From positions 23,452-87,451 of the IMG/VR virus record IMGVR_UViG_3300037502_000580: a DNA stretch of 64,000 nt. One strand, written 5' to 3'. The stretch's first letter is position 1, and each line of letters begins with the position of its first letter. Origin of the DNA: a virus. The notes under the pieces were generated by a model. It worked only from the letters and a program-made list of their open reading frames with translations, ran no database searches and was not told the DNA's origin. This document shows positions 54,901 to 63,234 of the stretch, one piece after another. The position numbers and the translations under genes are program-made.

Positions 54901-56098
54901 CCACAACGCGGAGAAGTACAACCGTGAGGTGGTAGCCATGAGTACATTCAAGTTAGCCTACGACAAAGCCATAGCAGACAAAATGTCTCCTGATAAGGCA
55001 ATGGAAAAAGCCATAGAGACAGCTAAAGACCTGACTTACAGGTCTATGTTTGACTACTCTACTCTTAACAAGCCACGCTTCTTCCAGCCTGCATACGCCA
55101 AAGTCATTCTGCAGTTTAAGCAGTTTGCTCAGCAGCTAACGTACTTGTTGGGCCGCAGCGTGTATGAGTGGGGTACTAGCCAAGATAAAGACGTAAGAGA
55201 TGAGGCACGTGCGCGTGTCTTAGGTGTTCTCGGCATGACTGGCCTTTTTGCTGGTGCGACCGGTATGCCACTTTTCTCGACGATTGCGTCTGTAATCGAA
55301 GCAATCCATGCGGTGTTTAGCGATGACGATGAACCTCCTTTAGACTTTGAGAATTGGTTCAAGAACTGGTCAGCAGAAACCTTTGGCAACTTCTGGGGTG
55401 ACTCTTTGTCGCGTGGCATCCTTACGCAAGCTACTGGCCTGAACCTCGCAGACCGTATGAGCCTTAACGATCTCTGGTTCCGTGACCCGCGTAAGAGCGA
55501 AGACGAAGTTACTGCATTTCAGAATATGGTCATCAACATGCTTGGCCCAACTGCGGGTTTGGCAATTAATAGTGTCGAGGCATTAAAAGCATTTAACGAC
55601 GGCCTGTATTACCGTGCTGCCGAGAAGGCGCTGCCTGCTGTTCTGAAGCAGCCGCTTGTTGGTATTCGGTATGCGACTGAAGGTGCGTTGACTATGAAGG
55701 GCGACACTCTGGTTGAGGACATCTCGGCTAAAGAAGCCCTTGCTCAGTCTTTAGGTTTCTCTCCTGAACGTGTTGCACAGCGGCAGAAGGCCAACATCGA
55801 GATGAAGTCTATGGAGCAGAAGATTATTAATAAGCGCCAGGATCTCATGAACGCCTACTTCTTAGCGTTTGATGCTAACGACGAAGATTTTATTAATCGT
55901 GTAGAAGATAAGATAGACCGGTTTAATGCTATGTATCCCGATTACCCAATTGAAGAAGAGTCCCTTAACAGGTCAATTGAAGGTAGATATCGTAGGCGCG
56001 ATGAGGCAGAAGAAACAGGCGGCATACCCATCAATAAGAACTTGTTGCCGGAATTGAAAAGCATGGGTGCCTACGGAGACGTAGACGAGGATGAATGA
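48911..56098 (+). CDS. Giant ejected polyvalent protein (zincin HExxH + PLxRFG domain)
   Basis: 2395 aa; LLHEAVHAAT...HEFVAEAFTN; YFPLKRFGKYW; last gene of the virion operon. Confidence 0.8.
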   Translation: MPIARFRLPNGKIARFQVPEGLSQEELEDLVAPQLFALSREEPKPEPRKAEDVGFIEGTMAALGRGISSFGDIASGYGVGATSAVGATDATRRQMEAIKAESQVPDETPGMTAAGIGKLYKEEGLLSAASEVPKYVSEQIMQAAPQMAVPLAAAKVAGALSGPAAPIVAPAVGIGTYALQQFGNFLYRQAQEKKDPEEIEVTKAALTAAGTAPLGYFADRFTLGLSSIGGQKAGVEVMKELAARRAAGAIGTGAVAKGVAAQAAKGATVGIIAEAPTEVLESVAERWQAGLKLDTDDAKDEYTEAFFGAAAVGGGLGAGSSAARSTGQYLAEKRALTPEKPATEGKTAFDQADEDEAGEVVTPPEDKDADLPDPFADINLPDISKEEFAAALKAEEARLGRKLTYPEQGILLKQVQRAKFLADTPDDPMFAPAPGQELDEEGMPKLGPGRFTRLTEFEKTLTQKDLIDAGIPPVKANYYARQAQSNPNRVNAEAKEAFRIAAAQKSGGQQILLAPSEEQRTEAEKATEESVSQYEEPLNPKVTPLVSALNKQNIPTTLSGDLYGKDLVYVDIDAPWDTKIPGLPKGWFTGPNSYFHTEAVAGLPTVGEMWKDPQLSVEELKRQNLRPMLRLARPGGAVSAAEAQQVTSAVEAALKKQGLQPTEKPEEAPATRGLSRAAKRVNEDDLTNAGFQPSEIAEITSRPDLPKNQDILEKVAMGFAYTTYDQSLAEEGPATGREFKQVSPQDIEAAPPAERARLRRVYNANILQRPTRAEKPDEAQGSLFAPGKQMGLDLGEATEETTRDLPKSLIEEAPFELEAAPGVAPGRTDIAAEEAAPTEGAPLRAVEKTTNKLFDFLRGLKPIAQAEQGVKNHQSAINNFIDEINEYVAPKEGATPEQRSENLAAINDFFDQYSLTEDAAEAADVLTKAKDLPLSQQIQFLNERTRLPSLSKLEGVNLLRQEFQDFMNERAKTKLGYTPAESALNVLKLWQDVVMPEGRVKTAIKALRNKLASTRTAAEQAAANYLGTFDYGTAVRSAAYDIANDVRTGENFKGQGKKEAELFQQYMEENFPAEVYQEFQSLVEAYKANFRKAANAMYALSKKQKSIAKLKEAGVSAESAGKLLDRYGLHSGTPGVFRPMHPAVAERVKNNDLNGALRLMARLGGKTSYYGRVAERLLALNLPTSIYFDMQGPMVQLRLDDVQPSLDLFLDNLKVQNPELHKDLFENATPRQTLEGLRIIKENKLLPEDYLNGPAFKYIYDSYNKLIRSLDAGGFYLLQEDAININQDVGGATYYTLLHEAVHAATAYAINTPDALSPSQKEALNNLKKLYEDAKQSSKLKPYGFTNLHEFVAEAFTNSEFQQLLRSKPYDEPGGPSMWSKFIRYVVELFAGKRDNMLFATLYNADVLMSSSRPAGPKAGFSAPLAANAAPTKSPLDGSWRTAPDVVRSRAWLNSLLSRPSWQEVKKNVGPFLETLSDATRQHYLGAFTLRQLKDLVGNRLGGYADAFINTLENMLDSRNTILQQVSDITKTWELYQSANPEETRKMNLVMISATLAGYDPDSPTRTPQNKAEQEVQDAWDVLPDEAKNIYRKVRDFYKERIEAYQNVILENVERAMIANNKTQAEIDARKQELREKFAKDRIQPYFPLKRFGKYWLQVNRTSPTTGKAEKKQFYMFESAAQRNAFRQQVANELLAEGKTVEEIMGGTDANNRPIQGILSEGNDLNKMLNVENLQDLQALKTIKDLVEASTGGTPQELKDSIQDSIDQLYLLTLPDQSARKLFINRKQVEGASADMLRAFTHSAFHMAYQHSRFEHAQSLYTLLYGAENAYVSRDSGFPADQRKVAGDYVGELRKRLTYAMNPTDTGVIPSFLSNLSFIWFLTAPASALVNMLGVPAFGLPVVGARFGWGKSSAAMAQYSKRFFSTGFKFKRGEGLTFPSLDRANLSQIEKQAFDRFVKDGLIDVTLSHDLVGMAEAPTNLYTGKMHKVMRALSYMFHNAEKYNREVVAMSTFKLAYDKAIADKMSPDKAMEKAIETAKDLTYRSMFDYSTLNKPRFFQPAYAKVILQFKQFAQQLTYLLGRSVYEWGTSQDKDVRDEARARVLGVLGMTGLFAGATGMPLFSTIASVIEAIHAVFSDDDEPPLDFENWFKNWSAETFGNFWGDSLSRGILTQATGLNLADRMSLNDLWFRDPRKSEDEVTAFQNMVINMLGPTAGLAINSVEALKAFNDGLYYRAAEKALPAVLKQPLVGIRYATEGALTMKGDTLVEDISAKEALAQSLGFSPERVAQRQKANIEMKSMEQKIINKRQDLMNAYFLAFDANDEDFINRVEDKIDRFNAMYPDYPIEEESLNRSIEGRYRRRDEAEETGGIPINKNLLPELKSMGAYGDVDEDE

Positions 56099-56121
56099 AA
56101 AAGCCCCGCACTAGGCGGGGC
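56098..56121 (-). terminator. Rho-independent terminator at the convergence point
   Basis: Minus strand GCCCCGC-CTAGT-GCGGGGC then T5. Confidence 0.75.
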
Positions 56122-56176
56122 AAAAAAGAAGGAGAGTACACATGACACCACCGAAATGGTCGTCACGGGCATAGTA

Positions 56177-56374
56177 CTATTTAACTCTCCATACACGCAA
56201 CCCTCGTACTCCGTTCTCAATCACACCCTTCATTTCTACAGAATAGCCTAACCTCTTGGTAACTAACTTAGTGTTCCTTTTGGCGGACGCTAAGTCTAAA
56301 CAGGGTATAAAGAATGTCCTGCCGGGCTTAAATGCTGCCCAGTCAATGTTGAAGCTGATCCCGTGAATCTTCAT
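56177..56374 (-). CDS. Small conserved phage protein (DUF7303-like, FFIPC...GLRVWR)
   Basis: Motif; coupled to the primase gene. Confidence 0.7.
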   Translation of the reverse strand: MKIHGISFNIDWAAFKPGRTFFIPCLDLASAKRNTKLVTKRLGYSVEMKGVIENGVRGLRVWRVK

Positions 56375-59177
56375 GTTTTAGTGACTCCGTTAGCTGGTCG
56401 GCACTAATAAAGTCTTCCTTAGAGCAGTCAAACACATACACCGTAGTTGGTAAGCCGGGTATTTTGGTGCCTTTACCCATGCGCTTCTTCACGGTATTGA
56501 GGTAGATCTCGTCGTTTTCCAGTGCCTTTAGCACATCCTTTAGGGTGACTCGGCGCTCTACGCAGAACTCTTTTAGCTTCGACGCGGCTATAAACATCTT
56601 CTTGGTGTCAGGCTCGATGCGTATCTGCAGGTCAAACTTCGGCTCTACTATCGGCAGTTGGTCCATACCTGTACGTTTATCCACTGCATCGTTAATCACG
56701 AGGATGCGGCCTCGGTTCTCATTTAAGAACTCGCCTATCACGCTAGTTTGGTCAGTAGCCGGAGGTTTAATCTCCCTACGCATGGTGGAGAACTCGTTGA
56801 CCATCCACTTGAACACCCGACCAATGTCGATGTCTATCAGGCCAAGCCGACGAGCAATCATAGCCCCTGCGATGTTACAGGCGGCGATACCAGACCAGAA
56901 CCGCTCACGACCGCTAAACTTTACCTTCTGGTCTATGATCTTCTGGCACTCCCTGACCATGTCCACGGCTTCTTCTAGGTTGCCTACCAGCCACTGCAGA
57001 TAGATACGCCCAGCGTGCCCATAGTTGCTGTATAGCTTGGGGAATAATTCATCAGCCTGTGTCTTAGAAATGATGGTGTTCTCTGGGATTTGGTACTCCA
57101 CCAGCCGCATCAGTTCGCCGTCGGGTGTTGAAGATAGCGTGGTTAACCTGTCGTAAAACGAAGCATTTGATGTGGCTACCGCTATAAGTGACCACTTAGA
57201 TGTGTTTATGCGCTCTGCGTTCTCATTTGATTTTAGTCTCCCCCGTGCCCTGCCCTGCGATATTGCGTACAGCAAGTCTGATAGGTCGTCGGCAGTCATC
57301 TTCGTAATCTCGTCGATGCTGACCGGCAGGTTGTTCATGATGCCGAGTCTGTTGAGTTTCATGTTCATCGTGTCACGCCAGATAAGCATTTGCTCTTCTG
57401 GGTGCCCATACACGCTGTGCATGGCTAGGGCTACGGTGGTCTTACCTGTACCAGACCGGTTGTTGATGAGGTTAATTACGGCACCCTTTAGCTGTAGGTG
57501 CGTGAGCAGCGGGGAACCAAACGCCGTGAAGAAGCCAAAGGCATGGGGTTCTAGACCTTCGCCGTCATAGATGTTGACCACTTCTTTCCATGCTTCTAGC
57601 GTACCAACGGGGGTCATGTACTCAGACAGGGTAGACGTTATCGATGAGGGTGGGCTGTATCTGACGCCGTTAGGGGTGATCTCTTGGTCGCCAATGATGA
57701 ACTTGCGATTCTTCTCGGCCCAGCCAAACTGCAGACGCATAATCTCAACTCCTCTTTTGTATTGCATGTCTTTAACGAACGCCGCGATGTACTGCATGAT
57801 GGAGTCCATCTGTTTCTGTAGGGCTACCACTCCATAGAATGCCAACCGGTCGCGTAGCTTTTCTTTTGTAAGCAGGTCGGTCTGCGGCAGTGCAAATTCT
57901 CTTAGTCCGTCACGTGGGGTATGTAGCCGAAGCCATATCGTGTCGCCCCTGTTTGGGTCATACAGCCGCTTAACGATGTAGAGGTCATGGTGATAGATGA
58001 GGACGGGATCTTCATCTTCAACTGCCTTGTACACACCACCGTTCTTGCCCCTAAAGTATGGCTTGGGGAACGGCGGTATCTTGGTGTTGTCCTCTATCTC
58101 TTCTTGTGCTTCTTCAGCCTCGGCTTCAACTTCTACCGGCTCCGGTATCGTGTTGTCGGTAGCCTCGACAATCTTCTTGCCTAGCGCAATAGGCCCAACA
58201 ATCTTGCCTTTGTTTGGGCACCCGTCACACCCGCCTGGGTTCCACTTCTCAAACGTGCCGCACTTCTGTGGGCCACCGGTATCTTGGGCCTTCTTTATGG
58301 TTGTCTGATAGTTATAGTCTGAGTGCCGCTCAGATATCTTGTGTATGGCTTCATGCCTATCTTCGCAAGCCCATGCCACTGACAGCCCCGCGCGCCACAA
58401 GTTGTAGTCAACGGTGTCTTGTTCTGTAGCAATCTTGGCAATCTGAGCACAACCTTTGCCTTTGATGGTCTTGGCGATGATAATCTTGAACCAATTCTCT
58501 TGGTTGCCAGCCAGCGCCTTGGTCAGTTCGTTCTGCTCAAATCTCGGTATGTCGAACTCTGGCGGTGCAATAAGCACGCCCAGCAGATTCTTAAAGTCCT
58601 CGTAGCCGATCTCTGGCTCTAGGCTCAGTATTGTTATTGGGCGCTTGCCGCCCTCTTTGCGGTTAAAAGTCTCTGGTACCCGCAGGACAGATGAAGGATC
58701 TGATGTTCTAGAACGATCTTGATGTAATTCATGCTCTTCGCACAAATATTTTAATCTCTCTGCTACCGGTAGCCAGTCGGCCCTGCTGATGGTTTCCTTC
58801 AGTCGCCAGTAGACATGGATGCCCCGCCCAGAGTTAACCAGCGTAGGCTTAGGTAGTTTGAGTTTCTTGCAGAAGGTCTTTAACGCCAACAAGGCCGACG
58901 CCTGATCAGGGTAGGGTTTTCCCTCACCGCAGTCTAGGTCAATCCAGAATGCCTTTATGTATGTAGCGTTATTGGTGGTACGCCTAGTCGGTGTCTCGTA
59001 CTTAGCGCACGCGTAGTAGACCTCGTAGTTCTCTTCTGTCAGGTAGGCAAACTCTTCTGCACACTCTTCTAAGGTCTCAAAGAATTTTTGCCGAGGTGGT
59101 TTCCCTGTCTGTAACCCGACCGTGCAATACACGCCCTCTGGAGGAAGTATTGCCGACAGTAGATCTGTAGTTGCCAT
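56343..59177 (-). CDS. Primase-helicase (RepB-like AEP primase, Cys cluster, DUF927, P-loop helicase)
   Basis: WIDLDC, VNSGRGIHVYW, RVP, C..F....C..C, QFGW, SGTGKT, IDE, NYGHAG. Confidence 0.9.
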   Translation of the reverse strand: MATTDLLSAILPPEGVYCTVGLQTGKPPRQKFFETLEECAEEFAYLTEENYEVYYACAKYETPTRRTTNNATYIKAFWIDLDCGEGKPYPDQASALLALKTFCKKLKLPKPTLVNSGRGIHVYWRLKETISRADWLPVAERLKYLCEEHELHQDRSRTSDPSSVLRVPETFNRKEGGKRPITILSLEPEIGYEDFKNLLGVLIAPPEFDIPRFEQNELTKALAGNQENWFKIIIAKTIKGKGCAQIAKIATEQDTVDYNLWRAGLSVAWACEDRHEAIHKISERHSDYNYQTTIKKAQDTGGPQKCGTFEKWNPGGCDGCPNKGKIVGPIALGKKIVEATDNTIPEPVEVEAEAEEAQEEIEDNTKIPPFPKPYFRGKNGGVYKAVEDEDPVLIYHHDLYIVKRLYDPNRGDTIWLRLHTPRDGLREFALPQTDLLTKEKLRDRLAFYGVVALQKQMDSIMQYIAAFVKDMQYKRGVEIMRLQFGWAEKNRKFIIGDQEITPNGVRYSPPSSITSTLSEYMTPVGTLEAWKEVVNIYDGEGLEPHAFGFFTAFGSPLLTHLQLKGAVINLINNRSGTGKTTVALAMHSVYGHPEEQMLIWRDTMNMKLNRLGIMNNLPVSIDEITKMTADDLSDLLYAISQGRARGRLKSNENAERINTSKWSLIAVATSNASFYDRLTTLSSTPDGELMRLVEYQIPENTIISKTQADELFPKLYSNYGHAGRIYLQWLVGNLEEAVDMVRECQKIIDQKVKFSGRERFWSGIAACNIAGAMIARRLGLIDIDIGRVFKWMVNEFSTMRREIKPPATDQTSVIGEFLNENRGRILVINDAVDKRTGMDQLPIVEPKFDLQIRIEPDTKKMFIAASKLKEFCVERRVTLKDVLKALENDEIYLNTVKKRMGKGTKIPGLPTTVYVFDCSKEDFISADQLTESLKHEDSRDQLQH

Positions 59178-59274
59178 AGCCGCCCTTGCGCCGCAGAAAA
59201 AGGTAGGGCGTCAGGAGGGTGCGGCGTACTCCCTCTTTTCGTTCCGTCGAACTAGACGCCCGATGCACTAAACG

Positions 59275-59511
59275 TTAAATCGCTATCTTATCCAGTAACT
59301 TGTCGATCAGCTGTACATGCTTAGTACGCGGTGACGCCTTGCCCGTAAACCACGTGTATATCGACACTCTGCTAACTCCGAAGTACGACGCAACATCTTG
59401 TACTGGCACATCTCGGGCTATGCAGAACCGCCCCAGCCTTACGCCGGGGTTGTCGGTACTGGCTTCTCGATTAGCTTTTATTACCCTGGCACTGTAGCCA
59501 CGACCGTCCAT
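59275..59511 (-). CDS. Cro/XRE-like HTH protein
   Basis: VQDVASYFGVSRVSIYTWFTG. Confidence 0.8.
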   Translation of the reverse strand: MDGRGYSARVIKANREASTDNPGVRLGRFCIARDVPVQDVASYFGVSRVSIYTWFTGKASPRTKHVQLIDKLLDKIAI

Positions 59512-60407
59512 CAGTCATCATCCGTAGCCCAGTTACCCATGATGGATGCAAGGTCAGGTTTGGGCGTAGGCTCTGCGGCGGCTTTCTTAGTGCGCTTGGT
59601 AGGTTCTGGCACAGGTGATTCCTCTTGTGCCTCGGGCTGGGACTCCTCAGTTTCCACCCTTGGTGTAGGTGCGGCTAACTTAGCTTTAGGCTTATCTGCC
59701 TGATATGCAGTCATCACAACAGCTTGCTTAGCCTCAGATGTGTTGCCTTGGCGCTTGGCATCTTCCCATTGCTCACGTGTCAGGAAGCCTACGGCACGGA
59801 AGGTAAGTTTGGGCTGATCGCTATCCTCGTCCATCTTCATCTCGGTAACGATCATGTTTATGTTGTAGCCCTGCGATGCAACGTACTTGGCATACTGCTC
59901 AAACGGCATAGCGTTAGTGTTGTCGCTCTTGCCGAAATAAGACTTAGAAGGCAGGATCAACTGATAAACGCTACCACCAATGTCGTCGGCTAAGACAACA
60001 GCCAGACGCTTTTCAAACCGGCACGCACGGCTGTCGCCTTGCCCAGAACCCTTGATGTTCTTGGGGCAGTCTTGGCAGTTAGAGTGCTGAGGCGTCTCAA
60101 TACTTGCGTCAGGCTTCTCGCCATCATTAGACCAGCAGTCAGGCGGTGCCGACTCTCCAGGCACGTAAGAACCAGCATAGAACTTACGAGACACGTAGCG
60201 CGTACCGTTGACGACCACAATGTTCATAGCGTCAGAGTTACTCTTCGTGATCTCTTCGCCGTTTACTACCAGACGGAACCGCTTGCCACGGATAGAGATG
60301 CGCTTCAGCCCGGTGCTACCACCGAGGGCTTTGGTCATGTCATCTAACTGTGCCTCTTTAGCATAGTCAGGGACGGCTTGTTGAAACAGGCTAACTTCGT
60401 TTGCCAT
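59511..60407 (-). CDS. Zn-binding ssDNA-binding/annealing-like protein
   Basis: PDCWSNDG..C..CP.NI.GSG...RAC; acidic C-terminus; in replication block. Confidence 0.6.
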   Translation of the reverse strand: MANEVSLFQQAVPDYAKEAQLDDMTKALGGSTGLKRISIRGKRFRLVVNGEEITKSNSDAMNIVVVNGTRYVSRKFYAGSYVPGESAPPDCWSNDGEKPDASIETPQHSNCQDCPKNIKGSGQGDSRACRFEKRLAVVLADDIGGSVYQLILPSKSYFGKSDNTNAMPFEQYAKYVASQGYNINMIVTEMKMDEDSDQPKLTFRAVGFLTREQWEDAKRQGNTSEAKQAVVMTAYQADKPKAKLAAPTPRVETEESQPEAQEESPVPEPTKRTKKAAAEPTPKPDLASIMGNWATDDD

Positions 60408-60418
60408 GTGGCTCTCCT

Positions 60419-60808
60419 TTATTTACGACGGATGGTAACTGCGTATTCCCTGTCGATGTTAAGCCCAGCAGGCTTAAGATCAGGGTGCTCTTCTAAAAAC
60501 TGCTTCATGTTTGTCTGGTGGATACGGCGCTCTAACAACTCCATGGCCTCGTTCTCACGTATGAACTTGTGCATGGCTTCCCAATCGTTAGTCCAGAACC
60601 GCTGTTTGATGGTGCGGTACGCCGTGCCATGTGCCGTACGAATACTCTCGGCACCGGTCTCTTTACAGATCTCGAGTATCTGCTGTGCTACTACCTGCAT
60701 CTGCTCATCGATCTCGTTTATTTGTTGCTCCATATCTTTTTTGATGGTGTCTTTCGTATCACGCATCTTGATGTATATGGATACTAGCTGGTCAGCTGCG
60801 ACTTCCAT
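60419..60808 (-). CDS. Conserved replication-module protein
   Basis: LV..YIK.RD...SIRTAHGT...DW...LLERR. Confidence 0.75.
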   Translation of the reverse strand: MEVAADQLVSIYIKMRDTKDTIKKDMEQQINEIDEQMQVVAQQILEICKETGAESIRTAHGTAYRTIKQRFWTNDWEAMHKFIRENEAMELLERRIHQTNMKQFLEEHPDLKPAGLNIDREYAVTIRRK

Positions 60809-60853
60809 GTACTTCTCCTTTAAAAGTTTCTCGGCTCTGCGTCCGATGAGGTT

Positions 60854-60883
60854 ACTATAACATCAAACTTGACTTTGTCAAGT
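60854..60883 (-). promoter_or_regulatory. Sigma70 promoter with palindromic operator over the -35
   Basis: Minus strand TTGACA-N16(TG extended)-TATAGT; ACTTGAC-TTT-GTCAAGT at 60867-60883. Confidence 0.65.
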
Positions 60884-62431
60884 ATTAATTTCTTTCTGAT
60901 ACAGGTCTACGAGTTTCGTATGTTGGTCTAGTTTGTTCTGTAGCATGTTGTAGAGGCGGTTCTCTACGGGGCTACCCGTGACATGCACAACAGTCATGGG
61001 GTTCTTCTGCCCTTGCCGGTGGATACGTGCGTTAGCTTGCAAGTATGTCTCTATTGAAGTGACGGGTGCGTACCATATCACAACATTAGCCGCCGTTAAA
61101 GTGACACCGTGTGATGCCGCCTGAGGCTGGATGATAAGCACCTTAGGGTCTTCACTCTCTTGAAACCGCTTAAAAATTTCTGTGCGCTTATTGACAGTCA
61201 CATCACCGTTGATGATCTCAGACGTAATGCCATTCTTGGTCAGGTAGTCTTTTAGAAGCGTAATGGTGTGGGTAAACGGCACGAACACAAGCACCTTATG
61301 GCTGGCCTCTTCTATGACCTCGAGGATGACGCTAAGCCTATTAGACACGTCAAACTCCATGACGCTACCGCTGTCGGTGTAGACAGCACCGCCTGATATC
61401 TGTAGCAGCTTCGACAGGTTAGTAGCCGCATTGACAGAACTTACTTCTTCGCCAGCAGCTACCAGTAGCATTTCTTTCTTGAGAATCTTGTAGTACTTGT
61501 CTTGCTGTGCCGTCAATGGTGCAACGCGGTAGGTATACGTAATTTCGGGCAGGTCTATGCACTCTTCCTTGGTAAACCGTATGGCTGGCTGTAGCGTATC
61601 GAATACGACCTTCTGTGCGTTAGGCTTCGGTATCCACTTAAACCGCGTGATGTTCTGCATCACCATGTCACGGAACGCACCAAAGAACTTAGGCGTATTG
61701 TCTGGCACGCACATCTTGGCTAGGCCAAACGCATCTGTAGGGTTCTGCGCCGCAGGTGTGCCGGTCATCATCCATAGCCATACATCAGGGCCAATGATCT
61801 TAGCCATGGCTTTCCAACGCTTAGTTGTTACGTTCTTGTACGCGTTAGCCTCATCGATGATGACAAGATCGAATCTGCCGTCGGCTTTTATGTCATCTAC
61901 AACGACCTCGACACCATCGTAGTTGATGATGACGAACTCTGCATTGCTCTTAATAACTTCTTTACGCTTGGTTCTGGTGCCGTGCGCTATGCCTACAGAC
62001 CGGTGTACCGCACACTTAAATAAGTCTGACTGCCATGAGGCTTGCATAATAGACAGAGGGCATACGACTAGAACCCTACGCACCGCACCGATAGTCATCA
62101 GGTAGTCAGCCGCCCAGATAGATGCGGCAGTCTTGCCGGTGCCCTGTTCGTTAAAACAGAAACTTCTCTTGTGTAGCGTGAGAAAGGATGCTGTGTCTTT
62201 CTGGTGTTGCATCGGAGGGTAAGCACCGGGCCAACCATAGTCACGCACTATCGTAGACGGTACGTTCTTAATTTTTAGCTTACGCAGTATCTGGGCGGTG
62301 TCTAAGTCCCAATGTACTGCTACTTCGCTTACCTCTCCTTGCCTTACAACCTTGCTCTTTTTTATGCTCTGTATGATCCGGTCTGGATGCTTGGTGCGTA
62401 TCAACAGAGCTTTGTTATCGATAATTTCCAT
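60878..62431 (-). CDS. SNF2/SF2 helicase
   Basis: EQGTGKT, IIDEA, MTGTP, QANARIHRQGQ. Confidence 0.9.
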   Translation of the reverse strand: MEIIDNKALLIRTKHPDRIIQSIKKSKVVRQGEVSEVAVHWDLDTAQILRKLKIKNVPSTIVRDYGWPGAYPPMQHQKDTASFLTLHKRSFCFNEQGTGKTAASIWAADYLMTIGAVRRVLVVCPLSIMQASWQSDLFKCAVHRSVGIAHGTRTKRKEVIKSNAEFVIINYDGVEVVVDDIKADGRFDLVIIDEANAYKNVTTKRWKAMAKIIGPDVWLWMMTGTPAAQNPTDAFGLAKMCVPDNTPKFFGAFRDMVMQNITRFKWIPKPNAQKVVFDTLQPAIRFTKEECIDLPEITYTYRVAPLTAQQDKYYKILKKEMLLVAAGEEVSSVNAATNLSKLLQISGGAVYTDSGSVMEFDVSNRLSVILEVIEEASHKVLVFVPFTHTITLLKDYLTKNGITSEIINGDVTVNKRTEIFKRFQESEDPKVLIIQPQAASHGVTLTAANVVIWYAPVTSIETYLQANARIHRQGQKNPMTVVHVTGSPVENRLYNMLQNKLDQHTKLVDLYQKEINT

Positions 62432-62724
62432 TATGTGTTTTTCTTAACTGAACCGTCTGAGTTCCGTTTAAATGATCTGTTGTTGCTGGCGCTTACGACA
62501 CGCAGGTTAGACTTAGAGTTAGAACCGCCTTTAGACAACGGGCGCTTGTGGTCGATGTCCTTGCCTTCGCGCTTGTCGGCCTTACCGTTGCCGTTGTTGT
62601 CGGTGCCGTTCTTATCCATGTGATATCTGGCACGCTCTCTGGTAGCACGGGACTTCTTTTCGTCACGCGCTTGTTGCTGTTCCCATTCTTTCTTATACGG
62701 CCTAGGCTTATTAACGTAAGGCAT
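62431..62724 (-). CDS. Small HNH endonuclease
   Basis: DIDHKRPLSKGGSN..SNLRV.S.S.NRS. Confidence 0.85.
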   Translation of the reverse strand: MPYVNKPRPYKKEWEQQQARDEKKSRATRERARYHMDKNGTDNNGNGKADKREGKDIDHKRPLSKGGSNSKSNLRVVSASNNRSFKRNSDGSVKKNT

Positions 62725-62757
62725 GTTGCACCTCCATAGAGAAAGTTCAATTTTACG

Positions 62758-62943
62758 TTAGTCTTTTATCTTGTAAAGAAGCACATTGCCTTGGTAAAAC
62801 TTATCCACAACTTGTTTCTCAACGAACTTATTTAAGGCTCGGGCCACAGACGGCTGAGACACGATGAAATATTTAGCCAACTGCTTAGATGTCACTGGGC
62901 GCTTATGATCTACCAGATAGTCCCATACCTTCTCTTCAATTGT
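62758..62943 (-). CDS. Winged-helix protein
   Basis: VTSKQLAKYFIVSQPSVARAL; GTG start near 62949-62943 uncertain. Confidence 0.6.
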   Translation of the reverse strand, partial: TIEEKVWDYLVDHKRPVTSKQLAKYFIVSQPSVARALNKFVEKQVVDKFYQGNVLLYKIKD

Positions 62944-63232
62944 TCTCACTCTCACACTCCTGTATTAGTCGGTTCAGATACCACTGTGCCTTCTTGAGAT
63001 CCTGCAGTGCATCATCTTTGTAACCCGTGCGGCTCAGATACTTTATCGCCGTCAGACGTAGATGCCCCTTGAACTCTTCGGGTGTTGACTTAGCCTTCAT
63101 GTAGTCAATCGTCTCAATGCCACCAACTTTGTAGTGGGGCGGGTGGTTGACTGCATCCACTGATACTTTGTAAGGCACACCGCTTACTGCTAGTTTTTCG
63201 TCAGTGTATGGTGCGGTTCTAACCATAGTCAT
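62936..63232 (-). CDS. DUF3310 (SaV-like) protein
   Basis: VNHPPHY..GGIETID...KYL.R...K...QDLKKAQWYL. Confidence 0.9.
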   Translation of the reverse strand: MTMVRTAPYTDEKLAVSGVPYKVSVDAVNHPPHYKVGGIETIDYMKAKSTPEEFKGHLRLTAIKYLSRTGYKDDALQDLKKAQWYLNRLIQECESENN

Positions 63233-63234
63233 AG

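Noticed and set aside
59206-59261. Hammerhead ribozyme
   Set aside because: Three-way junction with GAAA is present but the CUGANGA core is missing
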